From assembly GCA_040758355.1 (NCBI GenBank), contig JBFLWF010000010.1:16908-80907 (forward strand): DNA of 64,000 nucleotides. The letters are read 5' to 3'. Each line of letters opens with the position of its first letter. Positions within the stretch are counted from its first letter, which is position 1. The notes below the pieces were generated by a model that was not told the origin of the DNA, searched no databases, and worked only from the letters and a program-made list of their open reading frames with translations. The stretch is from Nitrospirota bacterium. Lineage in GTDB: Bacteria > Nitrospirota > Thermodesulfovibrionia > Thermodesulfovibrionales > Dissulfurispiraceae. Made by a program: the position numbers and the translations under genes. Below are positions 49,159 to 58,687 of the stretch, piece after piece.

Positions 49159-50433
49159 TCAGGATTTGTCTTTGAGAATTACTTTTGCCATTTTTAATGC
49201 TTCTTCTTTAGAACTTATTCTGCCCTCTAAGACCATATCTTCTATTTCAGCAAGTATTTCTTTAAATGCAGGTGAAGGTTTTATATTAAATTCCCTCATA
49301 AGGTCATCGCCTGTAATAATTGGAAGCAGTGCTGCTCTTGGTTTAAATACATTATCATAAAAGCTGACAACCTCTTTGCAGAAGGCTATGATGGAAGGTT
49401 CCTGTGCTATGGCGAGTATTATCAATGGATATACATCGTCACGGAATTCCTTTAGAAGTCCGATGATCTTCGTTTCATCCGCCATCCCCTGCATTTCTTT
49501 ATAAGAATCTAAAATCTTTGCGCGTTTAAGCGCCATTTCATGGATGAACTCCACTTCCTTTCTCGACATCTTTAATCTTATAGCAGATTGTTTGGCACTA
49601 TCAGGATTAGGGAATAAAGTGGATAGTTTTAAGCATATATATCTGTATTCGGTTTCGAAATATTTAATTAAAGGCCGAAGGCTGAAGGCTGAAAGCTGAA
49701 GGCTATCGGATGGATTACTTAAAATTTCTTCGGTAGTTTTGTATAACTTCAGAGAGTTTATTCTGACTTCAGGAAAGATATTTGCAAGGATTCTGTTGTC
49801 TATCAAGGCTTTCATTGTTTCGTAGGAATCGTCAAGCCTGACTATATGTCTCAACTCCTCGGCGATTCTCTCTACAGCGACAGAGGTTATCAATGGTGCA
49901 AGCCTTTCAGCTGCACTTAGTGTATCCTCTTCTATGGAAAAATTCAGTGCTGCAGCAAAGCGGTAAATTCTGAGGATTCTTAAGGGGTCTTTTATAAGAT
50001 TTTCCTCCGATACCATTCTGATAATTCTGTTGAAGAGATTGTCCTTACCGTTATGCGGATCTATCAAATGCTGAAGGCTAAAGGCTGACGGCTGAAAGCT
50101 TGCTAAAGGGATTGCCATTGCGTTTATAGTTATATCACGCTCGGAAAGGTCGGAATGAATGGAGTCCCCTCTCATTATGGAGATATCTATAAACTGGCTG
50201 TTTTTAACAATACGGGCAATTCCGAATTCTTTATCCAAAAGCACGAAGGATCCATTGATTTCCTGAGCAAACCTTTTAGCAATATTAATGGCATCTCCTT
50301 TTACGGCTATGTCTATATCTTTTAACTCTTTCCCCAAAAGGATATCCCTGACGGCACCACCGACAATGAATGAATCGGTTGCAATGCCTTCTTTTTCAGC
50401 AAAATCTATAAATAGCTCTAAAAGGGGATGCAT
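49159..50433 (-). CDS. cca: tRNA nucleotidyltransferase / poly(A) polymerase family protein
   Basis: VGGAVRD, DIDI, RDITINAMA, DPLRILR, ERIAEEL. Confidence 0.88.
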   Translation of the reverse strand: MHPLLELFIDFAEKEGIATDSFIVGGAVRDILLGKELKDIDIAVKGDAINIAKRFAQEINGSFVLLDKEFGIARIVKNSQFIDISIMRGDSIHSDLSERDITINAMAIPLASFQPSAFSLQHLIDPHNGKDNLFNRIIRMVSEENLIKDPLRILRIYRFAAALNFSIEEDTLSAAERLAPLITSVAVERIAEELRHIVRLDDSYETMKALIDNRILANIFPEVRINSLKLYKTTEEILSNPSDSLQLSAFSLRPLIKYFETEYRYICLKLSTLFPNPDSAKQSAIRLKMSRKEVEFIHEMALKRAKILDSYKEMQGMADETKIIGLLKEFRDDVYPLIILAIAQEPSIIAFCKEVVSFYDNVFKPRAALLPIITGDDLMREFNIKPSPAFKEILAEIEDMVLEGRISSKEEALKMAKVILKDKS

Positions 50434-50464
50434 AGCAGATTTATTTTACTTGAGTTTTTTTATA

Positions 50465-50600
50465 TTGACAAACAGTTTTTTGTGATGCTATTCTTTTGTC
50501 AGAATATTAGAGCCACGAAGGCCTAAACAAAGACCAGCAGGTCGCCAGCCAGTAAGTTTGGATAGCTGGATAAATTAAGTCTTCGTGGCTTTTTATTTTT
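50465..50600 (+). promoter_or_regulatory. Sigma70 promoter and structured leader of the Ni/Co uptake operon
   Basis: TTGACA-18 nt-TATTCT; leader stem AGCCACGAAGGC...GTCTTCGTGGCT followed by TTTTTATTTTT. Confidence 0.6.
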
Positions 50601-50625
50601 TGAAACCAAGGAGGTTAATGTTAAG

Positions 50626-51477
50626 ATGAAGCTAAGGATTCAGGATTTTAGATTCAATCTCTTGATTCTCTTTTTAATGGTCGCTATGAACTTTTCACTA
50701 TCAACTGCCTCTTATGCTGCTCACCCCCTCGTTACAGATGACACAGGCACTCAGGGAAAGGGAAAGTTTCAGGTTGAGGTGAACACGGAATTCACTTTCG
50801 ACAAAGAAAGAGAAGATACGGATGATGATGGAGTTGAAGATACCGTAAAGGTTAAAGGCAGCGAGATAGCAACGGTCTTTACATATGGAGCGATTGACAA
50901 TCTGGACATCTTTATTGAAGCGCCATATAAATGGAGCAAGACAAAGATAAACGGAGTTGTTGACCCCGCTGACCCATCTGCGGATGCAAAAGGCATATCG
51001 GATATAGCTATCGGAGCAAAGTGGAGATTTTACGAACATGAGGGTCTTAGCTTTGGTTTAAAGCCATCTATTTCATTGCCCACAGGTAATGAAAACAAAG
51101 GTCTCGGCAATGGCAGGGCATCTTATGAGATTCTATTTATTTCAACAAAGGAGATTGAGCCGTGGGCATTTCACCTGAATTTAGGCTATACACACAACAA
51201 CTACAAGCTTCAAGCGGATAAGGATGCAAAAAGAAGAGGCATATGGAAGGCATCTCTGGCAGCAGAGGTTGAGGTTGTGAAGGATTTAAAGATTGTTGCA
51301 GACACCGGCATTGAAAGAAACGAAGAAAAAGGCAAAAGCACACATCCTGCCTTTATTCTCGGAGGATTGATTTACTCAATTACAGAAAGCTTTGATGTTA
51401 ACTTCGGTGTTAAGGGCGGGCTTAATAAGTCTGCTGATGATATGGCTGTGCTGGCAGGCATAGCTTTCAGATTTTAG
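50626..51477 (+). CDS. Outer membrane beta-barrel transporter (Phenol_MetA_deg-like)
   Basis: Signal peptide, AHPLVTDDTGTQG, alternating beta pattern, terminal Phe. Confidence 0.75.
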   Translation: MKLRIQDFRFNLLILFLMVAMNFSLSTASYAAHPLVTDDTGTQGKGKFQVEVNTEFTFDKEREDTDDDGVEDTVKVKGSEIATVFTYGAIDNLDIFIEAPYKWSKTKINGVVDPADPSADAKGISDIAIGAKWRFYEHEGLSFGLKPSISLPTGNENKGLGNGRASYEILFISTKEIEPWAFHLNLGYTHNNYKLQADKDAKRRGIWKASLAAEVEVVKDLKIVADTGIERNEEKGKSTHPAFILGGLIYSITESFDVNFGVKGGLNKSADDMAVLAGIAFRF

Positions 51478-51488
51478 AAGGAGTTTGT

Positions 51489-52166
51489 ATGCACATCCCT
51501 GACGGATATTTAAGCCCTCAAACCTATGTGCCGTTATATGGAGCATCATTTATATTCTGGGCAGTCGCCCTTAAAAGGCTAAAACGGGATGTGCCTGTGA
51601 AGTACGTTCCTTATCTGGCAATGGCAGCAGCATTCTCTTTTCTTATCCAGATGTTTAATATCCCCATTCCAGGTGGAACCACAGGCCATGCAGTCGGTGC
51701 AGGGATTATCGCAATACTTTTAGGGCCATGGACAGCAGTGATAGCAGTATCTGTTGTTTTGATAATTCAGGCGATTGTATTCGGAGACGGAGGAATAACA
51801 GCCATCGGAGCAAATTGCTTTAATATGGCTGTGGTAATGCCTTTTGTCTCATATTGGGTGTTTAAGCTGGTGAGAGGTAATGCCACTGCTGGATTCAGAT
51901 TGCATGTTGCGTCATTCCTTTCAGGTTATATAGGCCTTTCCATAAGTGCCATAGTTACAGCCATAGAGTTCGGCATTCAGCCCTTGATTGCCATGTCTCC
52001 TGACGGAAGGCCTCTTTATGCACCATATCCTTTATCGGTGGCTGTCCCTGTAATGGCACTGGAGCATCTGCTACTGTTCGGTATAGTTGAAGGTATAGTA
52101 ACAGTATTGCTTCTCAAGTATTTCCTTAAACACGAACCAGAATTAATCTGGTCATTAAGTAAATAA
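51489..52166 (+). CDS. cbiM: ECF Co/Ni transporter substrate component
   Basis: N-terminal MHIPDGYL, GTTGH, GDGGITA. Confidence 0.92.
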   Translation: MHIPDGYLSPQTYVPLYGASFIFWAVALKRLKRDVPVKYVPYLAMAAAFSFLIQMFNIPIPGGTTGHAVGAGIIAILLGPWTAVIAVSVVLIIQAIVFGDGGITAIGANCFNMAVVMPFVSYWVFKLVRGNATAGFRLHVASFLSGYIGLSISAIVTAIEFGIQPLIAMSPDGRPLYAPYPLSVAVPVMALEHLLLFGIVEGIVTVLLLKYFLKHEPELIWSLSK

Positions 52167-52238
52167 GTAAATGAGTGAATGAGTATTAATTACTTAATAA
52201 CTCAATTACTTAATAACTTAATTGCTTGGAGGCTTTAA

Positions 52239-52589
52239 ATGACACGCTTTCAGAAAAAACTCTGGATAGGTCTTATCATAATGGCCTTACTATCCCCGAT
52301 TGGCATTCTCCTTCCAGAAAAATTCAATGCAGGAGATGCGTGGGGAGAATGGGGAACAGATACCCTCGAAAAACTTCTCGGATATGTTCCGGAGGGATTA
52401 AAGAAGCTAACCGATTTGTGGAAGGCGCCGATAGCCGACTACAATCTCGGAGGGGATAACTCTCCGTTAATTATTCAGGTTTTATCCTATGTCGTATCCG
52501 GGATTTTGGGCATAGCGATAGTAGGTGGTGTGATCTATTTAATTTCGAGGCTTTTGATAAAGACAAGGGGCAAAGAGCATAGGGCATAG
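52239..52589 (+). CDS. CbiN/NikN-like (PDGLE-type) accessory component
   Basis: AWGEWG, APIADY, two TMs. Confidence 0.8.
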   Translation: MTRFQKKLWIGLIIMALLSPIGILLPEKFNAGDAWGEWGTDTLEKLLGYVPEGLKKLTDLWKAPIADYNLGGDNSPLIIQVLSYVVSGILGIAIVGGVIYLISRLLIKTRGKEHRA

Positions 52590-52592
52590 AGA

Positions 52593-53441
52593 ATGTCTTT
52601 TATCGACAGCGGCATAAGCCATTTAGGCAGAGTAATTAAAACTGGGTATATCCAGTTGGAATTTGCGTCAAAGAATGGTTTTTTTCAGAGACTTGATGCA
52701 CGCATAAAGGTGCTTTTTTTAATATTTTTTATCATTATTGTAAGTTTGAAAAAAGAGATACTGCCAGAAATTATCATTGCACTTTTTGTATTCAGTCTAA
52801 CAGCAATATCGCGACTGAATCTTTTTAATTTCTATAAAAAAGTGATCCCCCTCGGATTTATATTCGGTTTTCTTGTTGCCCTGCCTTCTGCATTTAATGT
52901 CATTACAAAGGGAGAAGTTATCCTGCCTGTCATTCATCTTTCAAGGTCATATGATTTCTGGATTTATCACGTGCCTGAGACAATAGGCATTACAAGAGAA
53001 GGGATATCTGGTGTTGCCATGCTCACGCTCAGGGTTTTGAATTCCATTGCCCTATCTTTTTTGATTTTGTATACAACTCCTTTCTCAGAGATTATCAGGG
53101 CATTGAAGGTTTTCAGAGCGCCTGATGCAATTCTGATGATTATAACCCTCACTTACAAATACATCTTTATTTTTGCAAAAACAGTCGAAGACATGTATCT
53201 CGCAAAGAAGAGCAGGATGCCCGGTGAAGTGACCAATACCGAGGCAAGAAAGTGGGTTGCAGGAAGGATCGCATTTATGTTCAGGAAAACGCAGCAGAGG
53301 TGCGAGGATGTATTTAAGGCTATGCTTGGAAGGGGTTTTTCTGATACCATTAAACTTTATGGTTTTAGAAAAATGGATAGCATGGATTGGACTGCAGGAT
53401 TTTTTTTATTTTTTGCAGGAGTGATATTTTTGTGGATTTAA
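52593..53441 (+). CDS. cbiQ: ECF transmembrane component
   Basis: LDARIK, AKKSR, AMLGRGF. Confidence 0.88.
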   Translation: MSFIDSGISHLGRVIKTGYIQLEFASKNGFFQRLDARIKVLFLIFFIIIVSLKKEILPEIIIALFVFSLTAISRLNLFNFYKKVIPLGFIFGFLVALPSAFNVITKGEVILPVIHLSRSYDFWIYHVPETIGITREGISGVAMLTLRVLNSIALSFLILYTTPFSEIIRALKVFRAPDAILMIITLTYKYIFIFAKTVEDMYLAKKSRMPGEVTNTEARKWVAGRIAFMFRKTQQRCEDVFKAMLGRGFSDTIKLYGFRKMDSMDWTAGFFLFFAGVIFLWI

Positions 53442-53463
53442 TACAGGCAAAAGGCTATAGGCG

Positions 53464-54279
53464 ATGGGCGATAGGCAAATTATAAAGATTGAAAATATAA
53501 GCTATAAATATTACGGCAAAATTCCTGCCCTTGTGGATGTAAGTCTTTCAATAAAAGAGGGTGAGAAATTTGCAATAATAGGCGCAAACGGGAGCGGGAA
53601 GTCGACCCTGCTTCAGATAATGAACGGCTTGATATATCCTTCCAGCGGCAGTGTTTTTTTCAGAGGCAAAGAGGTGTCAGAAAAGTCATTAAGGGGTAAA
53701 GAATTCTTGAGATTTTTTCGTGAAGGTGTAGGATATGTGTTTCAGGACTCGGACGTCCAGTTGTTCTGCCCCAGTGTCCTGGATGAATTGCTTTATGGCC
53801 CGATGCAGTTGGGCATTAATGAAAGTGAGGCCATGGACAGGGCGTTTGAAGTTATGGAGATGCTCAATATAGAAAATCTTAAAGACAGGCCTTCCTATAT
53901 GCTCTCTGGCGGGGAAAAGAAACGGGTTTCTATCGGCTCGGTTTTGACAATGAATCCCGAAGTATTGCTCTTTGACGAGCCTACAAACGGCCTTGATCCG
54001 AGAACCCAGTGTTTCCTTGTCGAACTCTTATTCGAACTGAATGAGGCAGGAAAGACTATTGTAATTGCCACACACGATTTATCATTGGTGGACGAGCTTC
54101 ATTGCAGGGTGGCAGTGCTTTCAGAAGAGCATAGAATTGAAAAAACAGGAAGTGCAGAAGATATTCTGAAAGATGAGGACTTATTGCTGAAGGTCAATCT
54201 TGTACATGAGCATATGCATTGTCACGGGCCTTTAGCCCACAGGCATATCCATTCGCATTATCTATTTCATAAACATTGA
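53464..54279 (+). CDS. cbiO: ECF ATPase with His-rich tail
   Basis: GANGSGKST, LSGGEKKR, DEPT; C-terminal HEHMHCH...HRHIHSH. Confidence 0.9.
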   Translation: MGDRQIIKIENISYKYYGKIPALVDVSLSIKEGEKFAIIGANGSGKSTLLQIMNGLIYPSSGSVFFRGKEVSEKSLRGKEFLRFFREGVGYVFQDSDVQLFCPSVLDELLYGPMQLGINESEAMDRAFEVMEMLNIENLKDRPSYMLSGGEKKRVSIGSVLTMNPEVLLFDEPTNGLDPRTQCFLVELLFELNEAGKTIVIATHDLSLVDELHCRVAVLSEEHRIEKTGSAEDILKDEDLLLKVNLVHEHMHCHGPLAHRHIHSHYLFHKH

Positions 54280-54292
54280 AAGGAGAAAATAA

Positions 54293-54493
54293 ATGGACGA
54301 TTTGCAAAAGCTCAAACACTTGCTGCATCACTGGAAGGAGCATAACGATGAACATGCAAAGACCTATAGAGATTGGGCTGAAAGGATGTCATCACTTGGG
54401 AATAAGGAGTTGTCTGCCATCCTTTCCAATCTCTATAATGAGACAAAGAAATTGAACGGACTCTTTGAAGATGCGATGAAGGCAATAGACTAA
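54293..54493 (+). CDS. Small His-rich helical putative metal-binding protein
   Basis: HLLHHWKEHNDEHA; AAGGAG RBS. Confidence 0.72.
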   Translation: MDDLQKLKHLLHHWKEHNDEHAKTYRDWAERMSSLGNKELSAILSNLYNETKKLNGLFEDAMKAID

Positions 54494-54544
54494 ACTTGAA
54501 AGATTGCAAAAACATATGTTAAAACTATCGACCACGAAGCATTG

Positions 54545-54814
54545 AAGGAGGTGATGATTGGAAGTTCAGGAATGAAATCTGAAATCTGAAATTAAAAATC
54601 AAAATGGCTGGATGTCAGGGAAGAGGAGTGGAATTCTCCCGCTGCCCCGCAGCCGTAAAGGGAACGAAAGCCCAAAAAGAAGCCACTGGAGTAAGACTGT
54701 TTGAACTGCTTGAACGGTTTGAACGGTTTCTCCGGGAAGGCGGGCGAGTAGAAAGGATTACCTGAAGGCATGAAGCAATAAGGTAATGGATGCCCTAAGC
54801 CGGAAGACCTATTC
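54545..54814 (+). ncRNA. Cobalamin riboswitch
   Basis: AGGGAA...GTGGAATTC...GCTGCCCCGCAGCCGTAA, GCCACTG, GGGAAGG and B12-box AAGCCGGAAGACCT upstream of a TonB receptor; 5' boundary approximate. Confidence 0.88.
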
Positions 54815-54866
54815 AGACCAAACATCTAACGAAATTCAAACCAAAAATTTCCCGAGGGAGGAAAAG

Positions 54867-57071
54867 ATGAGAAAATTATTTGTTTTGCTTGCCTTTAGTC
54901 TTCAGCTTTTAACTTTCAGCCTATTTGTCACTTCTGCCTTTGCAAAAGAAAAGCCCACATTTTTAGAAGAGATTGTCGTTACCGCCACAAGGACGGAAAA
55001 GGAACTGGAAACAGCGCCCGGAAGCATCTCCGTCATAATCAAAGAAGACATAGAAAAGAGAAATATCAAGATCGTTGACGAGGCTTTGAATACCACTGCC
55101 GGTGTTTTTAACAAACGCGGCAAAGGGGCGATGGATTTAATGTCTTCTGTTACACTCCGCGGAATCCCTGCCCAGCAGAGAACTCTGATTTTGATGGACG
55201 GAATTACCCTCAATGACTCTTACTCAGGAGGAGTGCGCTTTGTCAGTATGGCTGCGGAGGACGTGGAGAGGATAGAAGTTGTAAAGGGCCCATCTTCAAG
55301 CCTTTACGGAGGATACGCAATGGGTGGTGTTGTGAATATCATTACAAAGATGCCTGAAAAGAGGGAATTCACGATAAAGAGCGGTTATGGCACAAGCTGG
55401 GACAGTGGTGATGCAATGGATGATGTGAGAAAATTTTATCTCTCATATGGCGACAGATTCAGGGATAAACTGAGCCTGTTTCTGAGCTATGGCTATAAAG
55501 CAACAAACGGCTATCCTGCAGATTTCAATGTTCAAACTGCACAACCGACAGCAGGCATCACGGGTTGGTCCTATACAACTAATAATGAGGGTGCTGCCCG
55601 CTATTTAATAGGTGATAAAGGCGATAACAGATGGTGGGATGACGGCATCACTTTAAAGGCAGGATATGATTTTTCTAAAGCTACAAAAATTAATCTCTCA
55701 TTTGTAAAAAATCGTTACGAATACAACTATGATGAACCACACACGTATCTCAGGAATGCAGCAGGAAACGAGGTTTGGTCATATGGCACGGTAAAAGAAT
55801 CTTCCTTTCTTTCAGGCTCGGGCAGCAGGGTGCAGGATATTTACAGCATCAGCCTTGAAACAGAGGTTTCTACTTTAAAAACAAAACTGACAATGGGAAT
55901 GGTTGATCAGGTGAAAAACTGGAATGTAACTCCGGGAACTACCGCTTCCACTACCAGAACAGGAGGTCCGGGCAAGGTAAGCGAGACGCCTTCGCGGAGT
56001 TATAATGCAGACATCCAGTTTACGATGCCTGTTTTGAACAATCATATTCTCACATTCGGAGGCTCATTCAGGCACGGATGGTCGGATACAGAGGAGCATA
56101 ATCTCACGAACTGGAAGGATGAGGATTCAAAGACAAGCCTTGCCTATCAGTCAAAAGGGAAGGACAGGACATATTCGGCATTTATTCAGGATGAGATTAT
56201 TATTCTTAACAACCTCACTGCATATATAGGTTTCAGACATGATTGGTGGGAGACATTTGATGGCTATGTGAATCAAATAGGCACAGCAGGTTATCCGAAG
56301 AGTTACTCATCAAGGGATGCCTCTGCATTCAGCCCCAAGGCATCTCTCGTTTATAAGCCATTTGAAAAAACAACACTCAAGACATCTATCGGCAAGGCAT
56401 TCAGGCCGCCAACGGTTTACGAGCTTTACAGGACATGGACATCGTCATCAGGCATTACTTATGCGGGCAATCCTGATTTAAATCCTGAGACAACAACCTC
56501 ATGGGATATTGGCGTTGAGCAAGGACTTTGGAAAGGGGCAAAGATAAAGGCAGCATATTTTGAAAACTACATGGAAGACCTAATTTACAGGAAGACTGTC
56601 ACAGCAACATATCAGGAATTAATAAATGCAGGGAAGGCAGAGAGTAAAGGATTGGAGATAGAGGCTGAACAGAGGTTTGATAAATGGCTCAGGCTCTTTG
56701 CCAATTTCACTTACACCGATGCAAAGCTGAAAGAGAATAATGCAAAGCCTGAGACATCGGGCAAGAGATTAACAGATGTGCCGGAAAGGATGTTCAACGC
56801 CGGCGCTGAATTTGAAAAAGGCGCATTTTCAGCAACACTCACAGGCAGGTATGTGAGCAAGAGATTCGGCAACGATGAGAACAGGGACGTGATGAATAAT
56901 GTCTATACCTCGTACGATCCTTATTTCGTTGCAGATGCAAAGGTCTCATATAAACTCACAAAGTTTGCCGCTGTCTCTTTTTCTGTGGACAACATATTTG
57001 AGAGGGATTATTTTGCATATTACAAGACACCGGGAAGGTCATGGTTTGGAGAGATAACATTAAGGTTTTAG
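54867..57071 (+). CDS. TonB-dependent receptor (BtuB-like)
   Basis: EEIVVTATRT, IEVVKGPSSSLYG..AMGGVVNIITK, terminal Phe; ATG at 54867 after GGAGG. Confidence 0.92.
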   Translation: MRKLFVLLAFSLQLLTFSLFVTSAFAKEKPTFLEEIVVTATRTEKELETAPGSISVIIKEDIEKRNIKIVDEALNTTAGVFNKRGKGAMDLMSSVTLRGIPAQQRTLILMDGITLNDSYSGGVRFVSMAAEDVERIEVVKGPSSSLYGGYAMGGVVNIITKMPEKREFTIKSGYGTSWDSGDAMDDVRKFYLSYGDRFRDKLSLFLSYGYKATNGYPADFNVQTAQPTAGITGWSYTTNNEGAARYLIGDKGDNRWWDDGITLKAGYDFSKATKINLSFVKNRYEYNYDEPHTYLRNAAGNEVWSYGTVKESSFLSGSGSRVQDIYSISLETEVSTLKTKLTMGMVDQVKNWNVTPGTTASTTRTGGPGKVSETPSRSYNADIQFTMPVLNNHILTFGGSFRHGWSDTEEHNLTNWKDEDSKTSLAYQSKGKDRTYSAFIQDEIIILNNLTAYIGFRHDWWETFDGYVNQIGTAGYPKSYSSRDASAFSPKASLVYKPFEKTTLKTSIGKAFRPPTVYELYRTWTSSSGITYAGNPDLNPETTTSWDIGVEQGLWKGAKIKAAYFENYMEDLIYRKTVTATYQELINAGKAESKGLEIEAEQRFDKWLRLFANFTYTDAKLKENNAKPETSGKRLTDVPERMFNAGAEFEKGAFSATLTGRYVSKRFGNDENRDVMNNVYTSYDPYFVADAKVSYKLTKFAAVSFSVDNIFERDYFAYYKTPGRSWFGEITLRF

Positions 57072-57082
57072 TGAGGTGAAAT

Positions 57083-57781
57083 ATGGATTTGAACATCATT
57101 TTATGGATTGGCGGTATGCTTTTCAGTCTTGGCATATTTGCTGTTAAGGTCGGCTTTGGTCTCGGCTTTAGCAAAATTAAATGGAAGGGGATATTTTTGA
57201 CCCTTTCCATGTATCTTGTGCTGTTTGTTCTTATTGCAGTTCTATCAGAGCGGCTGATCCAATTGCTTGAGCCTGTTTTAAGAAAAGGCCCATATCTCCA
57301 TGCATTGATGGCAGCAGGTATGATTGCATGGGGAGTCATTTTGCTCAGAAGACAGAAGACACACCAACACTCCATTACACCATCACTCCTGTTAATTATT
57401 CCCTGTCCCGTCTGCCTGACTGCCATGACATTCTCTACATGGTCGGCATTAAATGTAATCAAATTGCCATCGGCACTGGTCGGGCTTGGGTTGGGAATAG
57501 CGTTTATTTTGTTGTCGCTGATTTTAATAGCCTTTACAAGACTTAACAGGTCTGAAATGCCGGAGATAAGGCTTGGATTGAGCATGATAGGAATCGGGCT
57601 TTATTTCATCGCTTCTTTATTCCTTCCCGCAAAGATAGAAGAGGCAAAAGGCGTGTATCAGTCATTCATTGCAGAAGGCGGCAATATTGATATTAATCAC
57701 AGCATCGGTGTGTTTGCATTGCTTTTTGCAGCTCTGGTTGGTGGCTATCTTATAAATAAAAAACAGGAGGCTAAAAAATGA
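57083..57781 (+). CDS. DUF2162-like membrane protein
   Basis: GIFAVKVGFGL, IPCPVC; context with ExbB-like, DUF2149 and CobN-like genes. Confidence 0.75.
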   Translation: MDLNIILWIGGMLFSLGIFAVKVGFGLGFSKIKWKGIFLTLSMYLVLFVLIAVLSERLIQLLEPVLRKGPYLHALMAAGMIAWGVILLRRQKTHQHSITPSLLLIIPCPVCLTAMTFSTWSALNVIKLPSALVGLGLGIAFILLSLILIAFTRLNRSEMPEIRLGLSMIGIGLYFIASLFLPAKIEEAKGVYQSFIAEGGNIDINHSIGVFALLFAALVGGYLINKKQEAKK

Positions 57782-58380
57782 ATATCCTTGCAGGACTCGA
57801 GACATTTTTGTATGTAATATCGTTAGCGCTTTTTTATCCTGTGGTGACAGGGCTTGTTTTGCTTACATTCTGGATAGTTATCTCCTTCGGCGGTTTTCTG
57901 CGGGAGTATCTGGAGAGAAAACAAGGGGTGTCATCCGTTTTGAGGAGATACGAAAAAGTTCTTGAGAGCAGGACTTCATCGGAGGTCATGGATATCGAGC
58001 TTGAAAGATTTCTACAGAGCGCAGAGCTTGCCCTTATTAAATCTCTTGATAAAATCAGATTTGCCATTCGTGTTGGTCCTGCCCTTGGCTTGATGGGGAC
58101 ATTAATCCCGATGGGCATTGCCCTTTCCGCACTTGCACAGGGAGACATGCCTAAGATGGCAGGCAGCATGGTAACCGCGTTTACTACGACCGTTGTAGGT
58201 CTTGCCTGCGGCATGGCTGCATATCTGATGTCAATGGTAAAGGAGAAATGGGTGAGGGCAGATATGAGGGAGATGGGGTATATGACGGAGTTGATGCTCA
58301 GAACCCGTGGAATGGAGAACAGAAGACAGATTGAGGAGGAAGTTGAAGATGAGATTTTTGAAAAGACGGAGAAGGTTTGA
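57778..58380 (+). CDS. MotA/TolQ/ExbB proton channel family protein
   Basis: GPALGLMGTLIPMG, AFTTTVVGL. Confidence 0.88.
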   Translation: MNILAGLETFLYVISLALFYPVVTGLVLLTFWIVISFGGFLREYLERKQGVSSVLRRYEKVLESRTSSEVMDIELERFLQSAELALIKSLDKIRFAIRVGPALGLMGTLIPMGIALSALAQGDMPKMAGSMVTAFTTTVVGLACGMAAYLMSMVKEKWVRADMREMGYMTELMLRTRGMENRRQIEEEVEDEIFEKTEKV

Positions 58381-58687
58381 AAAATACGAACAGCCCCTTG
58401 AAGACCCGATAGCAGGCGTTGCAAACCTCTTTGATGCGAGTGTTGTGTTTATTGTGAGCATGATGATCGCCCTTTTTATGGCATATAACATGCTCGATAT
58501 GCTCAATCCGAAATCGGAGATGACAATAATGAAAAAGACTGCTGACGGGAAGATCGAAGTAATCACAAAAAGGGGCAAGGAAATAAAGGTTCAAAAGTTG
58601 ACTGATAAAAGATTAAGCGGCGAAGGACAGAGGCTCGGAACTGCGTATCAGTTAAAAGATGGAAGGGTGGTTTATGTGCCGGAATAA
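58349..58687 (+). CDS. DUF2149-family protein
   Basis: EDPIAGVANLFDA, GEGQRLGTAYQLKDGRVVYVPE. Confidence 0.85.
   Translation: MRFLKRRRRFEKYEQPLEDPIAGVANLFDASVVFIVSMMIALFMAYNMLDMLNPKSEMTIMKKTADGKIEVITKRGKEIKVQKLTDKRLSGEGQRLGTAYQLKDGRVVYVPE

Noticed and set aside
52156..52227. Possible CRISPR array or iterons among the repeat tracts
   Set aside because: Units are 7-9 nt, contiguous and without spacers; no cas or rep genes
54592..54825. 77-aa ORF containing KPFKPFKQFKQ
   Set aside because: Antisense translation of the riboswitch and its 9-mer array
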